This document shows positions 45,885-55,588 of a stretch of 64,000 nt of DNA, piece by piece. The stretch's first letter is position 1. Every line of letters starts with the position of its first letter. The notes below the pieces were generated by a model that had not been told where the DNA came from, made no database searches, and saw only the letters and a program-made list of their open reading frames with translations. The stretch lies in the NCBI GenBank assembly GCA_902527415.1, contig CABZPD010000004.1, positions 40-64,039 of the forward strand, written 5' to 3'. Source of the stretch: an uncultured Pelagibacteraceae bacterium (GTDB lineage: Bacteria > Pseudomonadota > Alphaproteobacteria > Pelagibacterales > Pelagibacteraceae). Both the position numbers and the translations under genes were made by a program.

Positions 45885-46512
45885 AACCCCATCATATTGG
45901 AATAAAGCAAAAAAATATTTATCTCAAAAAGACAAAACCATGTCTTCTTTAATTAAAAAATATAAATCCCCTTCAGAGACAGTGCTAACATCAAGAAAAG
46001 ATGTTTTTTTCTCTCTTTGTAAAAGTATTATTGGTCAACAAATTAGTGTTGCTGCTGCTAATTCGGTTTTTTTAAAATTTAAGAAAAAATGTAAAAATAA
46101 TATTAATGCAAAAACAGTTAGCAAATTATCTACTATTCAGCTCAAAAGTTGTGGTCTAAGTAGACAGAAAGTAAAAGGAATAAAAAGTTTAGCCCAAAAA
46201 ATATTAAGTAAAGAGTTTAATCCAAGACTTATTTCAAAAATGTCTGATGAAGATGCTATAATTTATCTGTCTCAATTAAGACAAATTGGGAGATGGTCAG
46301 CAGAAATGATTTTGCTATTTACTTATAATCGTCCTAATATTTGGCCAATCCAAGATATTGGTCTGTTAAGAGCTATTTCAAAAAATTTTAATAAAAAATA
46401 TCTACCACCAGAAAGTTATGTGAAATATCTAAACAAAAAATTTTCCCCTTACTGCTCTGTTGCAACTTGGTATTTATGGAGAAGTATAGATCCAGAACCT
46501 ATTCAATATTAA
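45877..46512 (+). CDS. alkA: DNA-3-methyladenine glycosylase II family (HhH-GPD)
   Basis: SIIGQQIS, GLSRQK, IGRWSAEM, PYCSVATWYLW. Confidence 0.85.
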   Translation: MSKTPSYWNKAKKYLSQKDKTMSSLIKKYKSPSETVLTSRKDVFFSLCKSIIGQQISVAAANSVFLKFKKKCKNNINAKTVSKLSTIQLKSCGLSRQKVKGIKSLAQKILSKEFNPRLISKMSDEDAIIYLSQLRQIGRWSAEMILLFTYNRPNIWPIQDIGLLRAISKNFNKKYLPPESYVKYLNKKFSPYCSVATWYLWRSIDPEPIQY

Positions 46513-46524
46513 GTCTTTATTAGC

Positions 46525-46812
46525 TTACATTCCCTCAAAAATTATGTGTTCTCTAGTAGCATTATTTTCTAAATGTTTTCTAGCTTCGACATACTCCTCA
46601 GAATTGTAACAATTTTTTGCTGTTTCAATATCAGGAAATTCTGCAAGAGCTACTCTTACCATTTCTCTTCCTTCTAAAGTAACATTATTTGCGCTTCTTG
46701 CTATTATTTTACCAGAATATTTTTCAACTGCTTCTTTTGCTTTAACGGCATATTTTTTAAGTCTTTCGTCGTCTTTTATTTCAGTATAATTTGCAACCCA
46801 ATAAGCTTTCAT
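46525..46812 (-). CDS. DUF1330 family protein
   Basis: MKAYWV, LEG, EFPD..TAKNCYNSEEY..AR pattern; SD AGGAG. Confidence 0.8.
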   Translation of the reverse strand: MKAYWVANYTEIKDDERLKKYAVKAKEAVEKYSGKIIARSANNVTLEGREMVRVALAEFPDIETAKNCYNSEEYVEARKHLENNATREHIIFEGM

Positions 46813-46855
46813 AATTCTCCTTTTTAAATTTTTTTAATTATGATACCAAATTTAT

Positions 46856-47179
46856 GTGAAAAAATTATTTTTAAATTTCTTTGGTACATCATTATTTTTG
46901 ATATTTTTATCATTAACACACGTTAACGCTGATGAATTGTTTAATAAGGGAAAAGAAGTTTTTCTGGAGGCTGGAAATTGTGCAGCATGCCATATGCTTA
47001 CTGATGCTGGATCGAACGCAATGGTTGGTCCAAATTTAAATGAAATTAGACCTGATATTCAAAGAATTTTAATGGCAGTTAGAAACGGTATAGGAGTAAT
47101 GCCCGCAATGCAGGGTATACTAACTGATGAGGAAATAGAAGCAGTTGCTCACTATACTTCAATAGCTGCAGAACAATAA
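46856..47179 (+). CDS. Periplasmic class I monoheme cytochrome c (SorU/c6-like)
   Basis: Signal peptide, CAACH heme motif, VGPNL, axial Met in GVMP. Confidence 0.92.
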   Translation: MKKLFLNFFGTSLFLIFLSLTHVNADELFNKGKEVFLEAGNCAACHMLTDAGSNAMVGPNLNEIRPDIQRILMAVRNGIGVMPAMQGILTDEEIEAVAHYTSIAAEQ

Positions 47180-47187
47180 TAAAAATT

Positions 47188-48087
47188 TTAACTATAATTT
47201 TTTATCCAATGTTTAGCTATGTCCGAACGTTTACATATCCAAATATCTTTATATTTTGAAATATAATTTAAAAATTTTTTAAGAGACTGTATTCTACCAG
47301 GTCTTCCAATTAATCTGCAATGCAAACCAACAGACATCATTTTTGGAGAAGATTTTCCTTCTTCGTAAAGAGCGTCGAAACTGTCTTTTAAATAATTATA
47401 AAATTGTTCACCAGAGTTAAATCCTTGGTTGGTAGCAAATCTCATATCATTATTGTCTAGTGTATAAGGTATCATTAGTTGTTTTTTTGTACCTTTTTTT
47501 ATCCAGTACGGAAGATCATCACTATATGTGTCACTGCAGTATAAAAAATTACCATTTTCTATAACTAGATCTAAAGTATTTTCACTACATCTTCCTGTGT
47601 ACCAACCAATATGTTTAGAACCAAAAATTTTCTTAATTGATTTAATAGCAAGTTTCATGTCCTTTTTTTCTTTAGCTTTGTTTACATTTTGATAATCAAT
47701 CCATCTATATCCATGAGAAGCAATTTCATAACCCGCTTTTTTCATTGCATTACAAACTTCTTTATTTCTCTCTAATGCCATTGCAACACCAAATATTGTT
47801 AAAGGAATTTTTTTCTTTTTAAACAGTTCATGGATTCTCCAAAATCCTCTTTTAGATCCGTACTCGTAAATTGACTCCATATTCATGTTTCGACCTTTGA
47901 TTGGCTTTGCTCCTATAATTTCTGATAAAAAAGTTTCTGAATATTTATCTCCATGTAAGATATTATTTTCAGCTCCTTCTTCGTAGTTTAATACAAATTG
48001 CAAAGCTAATTTTGCATTTTTAGGCCATTTAACTTTTAATGTTTTTGATCCATAGCCAACTAAATCTCTTGGATATTTTTTAATCAT
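47188..48087 (-). CDS. puuE: Allantoinase PuuE (polysaccharide deacetylase fold)
   Basis: YPRDLVGY, LNYEEGAE, SHGYRWI, GWYTGR, GLHCRLIGRPGR. Confidence 0.93.
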   Translation of the reverse strand: MIKKYPRDLVGYGSKTLKVKWPKNAKLALQFVLNYEEGAENNILHGDKYSETFLSEIIGAKPIKGRNMNMESIYEYGSKRGFWRIHELFKKKKIPLTIFGVAMALERNKEVCNAMKKAGYEIASHGYRWIDYQNVNKAKEKKDMKLAIKSIKKIFGSKHIGWYTGRCSENTLDLVIENGNFLYCSDTYSDDLPYWIKKGTKKQLMIPYTLDNNDMRFATNQGFNSGEQFYNYLKDSFDALYEEGKSSPKMMSVGLHCRLIGRPGRIQSLKKFLNYISKYKDIWICKRSDIAKHWIKNYS

Positions 48088-48575
48088 TTTTTTAATAAAA
48101 TTTTTTCTTTATTGAATTTATGAATGACCAAATTGTTTCCAACACCTTTTCTGTCAATAACTAGAAAATTCATATTTTTTGTCGATATTAAAGGAAAATG
48201 CCATATACCGGGTTTGTAATTAACTCCATTTTGTTTTGGAACTATAAAAGATTTAATTTTTTCTATATTTGGTTTTTCTCCTTTCGGAGCAACAAATACC
48301 AAAAAACTAGAATCTTCCATAGGTACAAACGCTTGACTCCCAAGAGGATGTTTTTCCATCATATCTACTCTCATTGGAAATTTTCTCTTTTTTGCTTTAA
48401 AAATACTAACTATTGTTTTTCCCTTTTTTTTATCAGTATTTATATTTATCAGATCATGAAATCTTTTTGCATACCCATTGTTAATATTAATTGGATTTCC
48501 TTTTTTTGTATTTATTAACTCTCCAAACTTAGCAAAATTTTTTTTGGTTATTTTTATTGGTTTAATTATTTTCAT
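48084..48575 (-). CDS. allA: Ureidoglycolate lyase
   Basis: MEKHPLGSQAFVP, GVNYKPGIWH, FLVIDR. Confidence 0.92.
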   Translation of the reverse strand: MKIIKPIKITKKNFAKFGELINTKKGNPININNGYAKRFHDLININTDKKKGKTIVSIFKAKKRKFPMRVDMMEKHPLGSQAFVPMEDSSFLVFVAPKGEKPNIEKIKSFIVPKQNGVNYKPGIWHFPLISTKNMNFLVIDRKGVGNNLVIHKFNKEKILLKK

Positions 48576-49558
48576 TATTTAAAACTTCCGAATGCTCTTA
48601 TCCTAGAAATTCCACCATCTGGATAGATATTTATTTTGAGGTAATTTTCTTTATTTCTTTTTATTAAGAACTTTTTAAAAACATGTTTTTTGTGTGCAGA
48701 TAGTTTGGATTTATTTAAAATAAATTTCCAATTTTTTGAATTTTTAACAATCAAATTATTAGATAAATCTTTGTTAATAATTGCAGTTTGTATTGAGCAT
48801 GAGTCAGGGTAGTTTCCTTTAAAATGATGGGTATCAATTTCTAATTTTTTTATCAAACCCGGTTTTCCAAATTTTATTATCAGCCAATCAAAGTTCTTTC
48901 CTCTACTTCTTCTTGTCTCCCAGCCATCTCCCATATTTTTTCCTTTACCAGGGGCTATTATATTTTCAGCTCTTCCAAAATGTTCATTATTACAACCAAC
49001 AATTGAAGCACCATTTAAAACTGACGTTAAGTTTATATTTTTGTTATCAATAGTCTTTTTATCTATTTCAATTTTTCCATAAAGTCTAAGTCTAGCTACT
49101 CCACCGTCTGGAAAAATATTTAATCTTATATAATTGAAAGTAGATTTGTTTTGAGATTTAAAGTTATGATTTTTGTTAGGCCCAAGTTTTTTTTTACCCA
49201 GTAATCTTGTCCATTTTGTTTTTTTATTTGGTTTTGACCTACTGAAACAACCTTCTAATGATGCGTGAGTAGGTTGATTTCCGTTAAAATGTGATGTGTC
49301 AATGTCTATATCAAATATTTTTCCAGGTTTACCTAATTTTAAAACTAAATAATCATATCCTTTTGATCTTCTTCTTCTGGTTTCCCATCCATCCATCCAT
49401 TTACCATGTTTATCAAATAATCCATCTTTAAAGACGGGGATATCAGTTTTTAAAATTCTATGGGCAGCTGCAAAAAAATCATCAGTCTTAAATATTATTT
49501 TAGATCCAATTCTTGGATCTGCTAAATTTATCATTTTTGCACTTATAAATTTTTTCAT
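48575..49558 (-). CDS. alc: Allantoicase
   Basis: Two repeats, each with DGWETRR, IDTxHFxGN and PDGG. Confidence 0.95.
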   Translation of the reverse strand: MKKFISAKMINLADPRIGSKIIFKTDDFFAAAHRILKTDIPVFKDGLFDKHGKWMDGWETRRRRSKGYDYLVLKLGKPGKIFDIDIDTSHFNGNQPTHASLEGCFSRSKPNKKTKWTRLLGKKKLGPNKNHNFKSQNKSTFNYIRLNIFPDGGVARLRLYGKIEIDKKTIDNKNINLTSVLNGASIVGCNNEHFGRAENIIAPGKGKNMGDGWETRRSRGKNFDWLIIKFGKPGLIKKLEIDTHHFKGNYPDSCSIQTAIINKDLSNNLIVKNSKNWKFILNKSKLSAHKKHVFKKFLIKRNKENYLKINIYPDGGISRIRAFGSFK

Positions 49559-50052
49559 TTTTTATTTATTTCATTAAGACGAAAAGTTGCAATTTTTTTC
49601 ACTTGTTTTTTTGCTTCAAGGAATTCACTTTCTACATCATTTTTTATTCTTTGTCTAAAATTCATTAATATTTCATTTTTATTTTTACCTTTAACAGCAA
49701 TAATAAATGGAAAATTAAACTTTTTTTTATATTCAAAATTTAATTTTTTAAATTCTTCATATTCATCATCTGAACATTCGTTTAATTTTGCAGAAGCTTG
49801 TTCTGATATAGACTCTGAGGTCATTTTTTTTGCAATAGCAAGTTCAGGATGAGCATTTAAAATTTCTAAAATTTTTTCTTTTTTATAATTCTCATAAATG
49901 TCTAGCATTTTAAATACGATATCATCAAAATCTTTAAAAGGTTTTGACTCAAAGGCTTCTTGAGCTACAGACTCAGTTTTTTCAAAAACATTACCAAAAA
50001 TAGACAAAAAATCAGACTTGTTAAGATCATTAATGTTATCTATTGTTCTCAT
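49555..50052 (-). CDS. uraD: OHCU decarboxylase
   Basis: NAHPELA, SISEQ, KFNFPFIIAV, KIATFRL. Confidence 0.92.
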   Translation of the reverse strand: MRTIDNINDLNKSDFLSIFGNVFEKTESVAQEAFESKPFKDFDDIVFKMLDIYENYKKEKILEILNAHPELAIAKKMTSESISEQASAKLNECSDDEYEEFKKLNFEYKKKFNFPFIIAVKGKNKNEILMNFRQRIKNDVESEFLEAKKQVKKIATFRLNEINKK

Positions 50053-50100
50053 ATAATTTTAAATAATTTAAGTTTGAAATTTTAATGATACTATAATTTT

Positions 50101-50451
50101 ATGACAAAGCTCACAACTCATGTTTTAGATGTATATTCAGGGAAACCAGGTAAGGGTATCCATGTTGAATTATTTTTTATAAACAATACAGAAAGAAAAA
50201 AAATAAATTCAACAAAACTTAATGACGACGGCAGAGCAAATTCTCCTTTGGTAGAGGGTGAAAATTTTGTAAAGGGCAAATATGAATTAGTTTTTTATAT
50301 CGGTGATTATTTTAAAAATACATCTTCTGTAAGCGATCTACCATTCTTGGATGATGTAATTATCAGATTTGGTATTTCTGATCCCACACAGCATTATCAT
50401 GTACCCTTACTAGTCTCACCGTGGAGTTATTCTACTTATAGAGGTAGTTAA
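50101..50451 (+). CDS. uraH: 5-hydroxyisourate hydrolase
   Basis: LTTHVLD, HYHVPLL, C-terminal YRGS. Confidence 0.96.
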   Translation: MTKLTTHVLDVYSGKPGKGIHVELFFINNTERKKINSTKLNDDGRANSPLVEGENFVKGKYELVFYIGDYFKNTSSVSDLPFLDDVIIRFGISDPTQHYHVPLLVSPWSYSTYRGS

Positions 50452-51888
50452 GTGATATCAGACTCTGTTAAATTTTTATTAAATGATAAGATTATAGTAA
50501 TTAAAAATCCTGATCCAAATCAAACATTACTTAATTATATTAGAACTGAATTAAAAAAGACTGGAACTAAAGAAGGATGTTCAGAGGGTGGTTGTGGTGC
50601 ATGTACAATCGTTTTGGGCGAATTAGTAGCAAATAAAATAATATATAAAGCAGTGAATTCTTGTATTTCGTTTGTCCCAATACTGAATGGTAAACAGCTT
50701 ATAATTGTTGAAGATTTAGTTTCTAAAAATGGACAACTTCATCCTGTGCAACATGCAATGGTGAAATTTCATGGCTCACAATGTGGTTTCTGCACACCAG
50801 GATTTGTTATGTCGTTATTTTCAATGTTTAAAAATAACAAAAATCTTAATACTGAATTAATAACAGATTCCATATCTGGTAATTTATGTCGTTGTACTGG
50901 TTACAGACCTATAATTGATGCTGCTAAAAGTTTAAATAAGATAAACAAGAATGATCAATTTTCTAAAAATAAAAATAAAGTTATTCAACTATTAAAAAAA
51001 ATCAAACCAAAAAGTATTTATATTAAAAAAGATGATAAAATTTATTTTTCACCAAAAAACATTAAAGATTTAAAAAATATAATTAAAAAATATTCTAATT
51101 TTAGTCTTCTTGCTGGAGGTACCGACTTATCTTTAAAAGTTACAAAGGAGAGAAAAGAAATTCCATTTATAATTGATTTAAAAGAAATTAAAGAATTAGA
51201 TTTTATCAAGGTAAGTAAAAATTATTTAGAGGTTGGTGCAGCTACACCTTTAATAAAATTTGAAAAAGAAATTAAAAAGCATTATCCAGATTTTAACTTG
51301 GTTCTTAAAAGGTATGGTTCTGTTCAAATTCGAAATGTGGGAACCATAGGCGGCAATATTGCAACCGCATCTCCAATAGGAGATTCATTGCCAATTTTAT
51401 TATCTCTAAATGCTGAAGTTTTAATTGAAAGTTTTAATAAAAGAAGAGTTTTGCCTATAAATAGTTTTTTTCTTGATTATAGAAAGACCAAATTAAAAAA
51501 AAATGAATTTATTCATTCTATAAAAATACCAATATTTAAGAAAAATATTTTTAAGGCATTTAAGATCTCAAAAAGATTTGATGATGATATTTCATCTGTT
51601 TGTGGATCTTTTAATTTTGAGATTAATAATAATAAAATTAAAGAGGTCTATATTGCATATGGAGGTATGGCTGCTGTACCAAAAAGAGCTAAAGCATGTG
51701 AAAAAATTCTCAAAAATAAACCTCCTACAATCAATACTTTTGATCAAGCAAAAAAATATTTAGAAAAAGATTTAAGTCCTATTGGAGACATGAGAGCTAG
51801 TAAAGAATACAGACTAGAGATAGCAAAAAATTTATTGATGAAATGTTTTGTAGAAATAAATTCTAATAAGTTATCAAGAGTAAATTAA
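50452..51888 (+). CDS. xdhA: Xanthine dehydrogenase small subunit (2Fe-2S/FAD)
   Basis: GTKEGCSEGGCGAC, QCGFCTPG, NLCRCTGY, AGGTDL, KISKRFDDDIS. Confidence 0.94.
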   Translation: MISDSVKFLLNDKIIVIKNPDPNQTLLNYIRTELKKTGTKEGCSEGGCGACTIVLGELVANKIIYKAVNSCISFVPILNGKQLIIVEDLVSKNGQLHPVQHAMVKFHGSQCGFCTPGFVMSLFSMFKNNKNLNTELITDSISGNLCRCTGYRPIIDAAKSLNKINKNDQFSKNKNKVIQLLKKIKPKSIYIKKDDKIYFSPKNIKDLKNIIKKYSNFSLLAGGTDLSLKVTKERKEIPFIIDLKEIKELDFIKVSKNYLEVGAATPLIKFEKEIKKHYPDFNLVLKRYGSVQIRNVGTIGGNIATASPIGDSLPILLSLNAEVLIESFNKRRVLPINSFFLDYRKTKLKKNEFIHSIKIPIFKKNIFKAFKISKRFDDDISSVCGSFNFEINNNKIKEVYIAYGGMAAVPKRAKACEKILKNKPPTINTFDQAKKYLEKDLSPIGDMRASKEYRLEIAKNLLMKCFVEINSNKLSRVN

Positions 51889-54192
51889 ATGAGCAAAGAG
51901 AACTATATTGAGGAAATAAGACCACATGATAGTGCGTATAAGCATGTGAGTGGATATGCAGAGTACACTGATGATATCAATGAACCTAAAAATACAATTT
52001 ATGGTGCTATTGGTTTAAGCAAAAAAGCCCATGCAATAATCAAAAATATAGACCTCACTGAAGTAAAAAAAAGTGAAGGAGTGATAACAGTAGTTACTCA
52101 AATTGATATACCGGGCAGGAATGATGTGGGTCCAGTTTTTGATGGTGATCCAGTATTTCCGAAAAAAAAAGTTGAGTTTTTTGGTCAGCCATTATTTGCT
52201 GTAGCTGCCACAACTACAGAACTTGCTAGAAAGGCAGTATTAAAAGCTAAAATTACCTATAAAGATTTAAAACCGGTTATCACAATAAAAGAAGCTTTAA
52301 ATAAGAAGCAATTCTTATTTAAACCTAGAAAAGTTAAAAAAGGCAACCCTTCTAAAAAAATAAAAAATTCAAAAAATAATTTAAAAGGAAATTTTACAAC
52401 TGGGAGCCAAGAGCACTTCTATCTAGAAGGCCAGGCAGCTTTTGTTGTTCCTAAGGAAGACGATAATTTTTTAGTTTATAGTTCAACACAACATCCGTCA
52501 GAAACTCAACAATTAATTGCAAAAATGTTTAATCAAAAAAGTAATTCAATAAATGTAGAAGTTAGAAGAATTGGAGGTGGGTTTGGGGGAAAAGAAACAA
52601 ATTTCATGACAGCGTGTATTTGTGCGTTGTTAGCAAAAAAATCAGGACAGCCAGTCAAACTAAGATTAGATAGAGATGATGACATAATATTGACTGGTAA
52701 AAGACATGAATTTTTATCTGAATATGAAGTTGGTTTTAATGATGAAGGAATTATTGAAGGATTAAAAATAAACTTATCCTCAAATTGTGGAATGTCACCC
52801 GATTTATCAGCTGCAATAAACGAGAGAGCTTTGCTTCATGTGGACAATGCATATTATATTTCAGATATCGAGGTAACAAATAATTTATGTAAAACAAATA
52901 TTCCAACCTCAACTGCATTTAGAGGCTTCGGTGGAAATCAAGGGATGATGGCTATAGAGAATATTATAGATAATATCGCAAGGTACTTAAAAAAAGATCC
53001 TATAGAAGTTAGAAAGAAAAATTTTTATCAAAAAGATAAAAGGAATGTAACTCATTATGGAATGACAGTTGAAGATAATGTTATTAATGAAATATTTAAA
53101 AAATTAGAAAATAAATCTAATTATAAGAAAAGATATTCGGATATAAGAAAATTTAATGAAAAAAATAAATTTAAAAAGAAGGGGATAGCTATTACACCTT
53201 TAAAATTTGGTATTTCATTCACTACAATTCATTTAAATCAAGCTGGAGCCTTAGTTCATATTTACACAGATGGAAGTGTTCATTTGAATCATGGAGGAAT
53301 TGAAATGGGTCAGGGGACTCACACAAAGATTGCTCAGTTAGTGGCAAATTCTTTAGGATTACCATATAATTTAGTTCATATCTCATCAACAAATACAGCC
53401 AAGGTTCCAAATACTTCAGCTAGCGCTGCTTCGTCAACTACAGACCTTAATGGAGCAGCAGCTCTAAATGCAGTAGCAAAAATTAAATTAAATTTAGAAA
53501 AATTTATTAAGAAAAAATATAAGATCTACAATCAAGAGGCAGTATATAAAGACCAATACATAATATTTGGAAACAGACAATTTGAATTTAAAAGCATAAT
53601 TCAAGAGGCATATTTAAATAGAATATCTCTTTCATCATCAGGCTTCTATTCAACACCAAAAATTAATTTTGATAAAAAAAAATTTAGAGGAAGACCTTTT
53701 TATTACTTTTGTTATGGAGCAGCTGTTTCGGAAGTAACTGTAGATACATTAACGGGTGAAAATATACTGGAAAGAGTGGATATCTTGCATGATGCCGGCA
53801 AACCAATAAATCCAGCATTAGAACTAGGTCAGATTGAGGGTGGCTTTGTTCAAGGTCAAGGTTGGCTAACAATAGAAGAATTAAAGTGGAAATCAGATGG
53901 TCAGATTTCAACTTTTTCTCCATCGACTTACAAAATACCTGCAGTAAGTGATATTCCAAAAGAATTTAATGTAGAAATTTATAAAGAGGGATTAAATAAA
54001 GAAAAAGTTGTTAATAAAGCAAAAACAACTGGTGAACCACCTTTGATGCTAGCCATGAGTGTTTTTTATGCAATTAAAGATGCAGTCGCTTCAATTGGAA
54101 ATTATCAGTTTGCACCAGAACTTAATGCACCGGCAACACCCGAAAGAATTTTAATGAGTATTAACAAAATTAAAAATAAAATTAAAAATTAA
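51889..54192 (+). CDS. xdhB: Xanthine dehydrogenase molybdopterin-binding subunit
   Basis: QEHFYLE, GGGFGGKE, AFRGFG, EMGQG, GEPP catalytic Glu. Confidence 0.95.
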   Translation: MSKENYIEEIRPHDSAYKHVSGYAEYTDDINEPKNTIYGAIGLSKKAHAIIKNIDLTEVKKSEGVITVVTQIDIPGRNDVGPVFDGDPVFPKKKVEFFGQPLFAVAATTTELARKAVLKAKITYKDLKPVITIKEALNKKQFLFKPRKVKKGNPSKKIKNSKNNLKGNFTTGSQEHFYLEGQAAFVVPKEDDNFLVYSSTQHPSETQQLIAKMFNQKSNSINVEVRRIGGGFGGKETNFMTACICALLAKKSGQPVKLRLDRDDDIILTGKRHEFLSEYEVGFNDEGIIEGLKINLSSNCGMSPDLSAAINERALLHVDNAYYISDIEVTNNLCKTNIPTSTAFRGFGGNQGMMAIENIIDNIARYLKKDPIEVRKKNFYQKDKRNVTHYGMTVEDNVINEIFKKLENKSNYKKRYSDIRKFNEKNKFKKKGIAITPLKFGISFTTIHLNQAGALVHIYTDGSVHLNHGGIEMGQGTHTKIAQLVANSLGLPYNLVHISSTNTAKVPNTSASAASSTTDLNGAAALNAVAKIKLNLEKFIKKKYKIYNQEAVYKDQYIIFGNRQFEFKSIIQEAYLNRISLSSSGFYSTPKINFDKKKFRGRPFYYFCYGAAVSEVTVDTLTGENILERVDILHDAGKPINPALELGQIEGGFVQGQGWLTIEELKWKSDGQISTFSPSTYKIPAVSDIPKEFNVEIYKEGLNKEKVVNKAKTTGEPPLMLAMSVFYAIKDAVASIGNYQFAPELNAPATPERILMSINKIKNKIKN

Positions 54193-54193
54193 A

Positions 54194-54664
54194 ATGGAAG
54201 ATAAAAAAAAATTTATGGCAAAAGCCATTGAACTTTCAATAAATAGTGCGACCACTGTTGGTGGTCCTTTCGGAAGCGTTATAGTTAAGGATGATAAGAT
54301 TATTGCCGAAGGTTCAAATAAAGTTACTTCTTCTAATGATCCAACTGCTCATGGAGAAATAGTAGCAATTCGAGAAGCCTGTAAAAATTTAAATACTTTT
54401 GATCTTTCTGGATGTGAGATTTATACATCTTGTGAACCTTGCCCGATGTGTCTTTCAGCAATTTACTGGTCAAGATTAGATAAAATATATTATGCAAATA
54501 CTAGAGAAGATGCAAAAAATATAGATTTCGATGACTCGTTTATTTATTCTGAAATTCCAAAAAAAATTGATGATAGGAAAATTAAAATGGTACAAATGCT
54601 TAGAGATGAAGCTTTAAAAGCATTTGAAATTTGGGATAAAAAAGTAGATAAAATAAAATATTGA
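54194..54664 (+). CDS. guaD: Guanine deaminase, cytidine-deaminase fold (Bacillus GuaD type)
   Basis: GGPFG, DPTAHGE, SCEPCPMC, FDDSFIY, terminal Tyr; directly after xdhB. Confidence 0.85.
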   Translation: MEDKKKFMAKAIELSINSATTVGGPFGSVIVKDDKIIAEGSNKVTSSNDPTAHGEIVAIREACKNLNTFDLSGCEIYTSCEPCPMCLSAIYWSRLDKIYYANTREDAKNIDFDDSFIYSEIPKKIDDRKIKMVQMLRDEALKAFEIWDKKVDKIKY

Positions 54665-55572
54665 TGGAATTTTTACCTTATACAATAAAATGGTTAGAAG
54701 TTATTTTAAGATGGGGCCATGTATTATTTGCAATATTATGGGTAGGTAATAGTTTTTTATTTAATTACCTAGATAATAATTTAAATAAAAATATAACAAG
54801 TGATGATATCGATGGTGAAGGATATCTGATGCATTCAGGTTTTTTTTATAAACTTTCGAGGTTAAAAACATCTCCACCTCAGGATTACCTAAATAGATTA
54901 GTAATCTTCAAATGGCAAAGTTACTTAACCTTTGTAACTGGAATGTTGCTTTTAGTTGTAATTTACTATTACAACGCTGGTGTATTAATGGTTGATAAGC
55001 GTGTTCTGTTAATTCCTCCTAGTTATGCAATTATTATCTCACTTTTATCTTTGATTGCTTCTTGGTTTGTTTATGATCTTTTATGTAAGTCAAAATTAAT
55101 TGAGAATAATGTTTTATTTATATCCACAGGAATAATTTTGCTAGCAATAGTATCATTTGGACTTACAAAATTATTTGGACCGAAATTTGCAATTTTAAGT
55201 GTTGGATTAATCATTGGTTCCAATATGTTTGGCAATGTTTTCACGGTAATTATTCCTAATCAAATGAACATAATTAGCAGTAGCGAAAGAGGTGAAAAAT
55301 TTGATATGAGCTTATCTTTAGCTGCTAAACAACGATCAATTCACAATAATTATTCAACTTTTTTAGTTTTGTTTATAATGCTTTCTGGGCATTCGAGCTT
55401 TTTAGTTTATCATCAATATAATTGGTTAATATTATGTGCGATTGCAGTTATTTCTGGTGTAGCAAGACATTATTTTAATTTAAGAGGAAGAAACATTCAT
55501 AGGTTGTATATTTTAATTTCTTCAATAATAGCACTTATCGTTCTTGCAGTTTTAGTTTTATTATTTAAATAA
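54664..55572 (+). CDS. puuD: PuuD-like urate hydroxylase, membrane domain (DUF989) only
   Basis: RWGHV..ILWVGNSF, HSGFFY, FKWQSY, IIPNQ, AKQRSIHNNY; multi-TM; purine cluster context; no CxxCH. Confidence 0.82.
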   Translation: MEFLPYTIKWLEVILRWGHVLFAILWVGNSFLFNYLDNNLNKNITSDDIDGEGYLMHSGFFYKLSRLKTSPPQDYLNRLVIFKWQSYLTFVTGMLLLVVIYYYNAGVLMVDKRVLLIPPSYAIIISLLSLIASWFVYDLLCKSKLIENNVLFISTGIILLAIVSFGLTKLFGPKFAILSVGLIIGSNMFGNVFTVIIPNQMNIISSSERGEKFDMSLSLAAKQRSIHNNYSTFLVLFIMLSGHSSFLVYHQYNWLILCAIAVISGVARHYFNLRGRNIHRLYILISSIIALIVLAVLVLLFK

Positions 55573-55588
55573 CTAGATATAAAAAATT

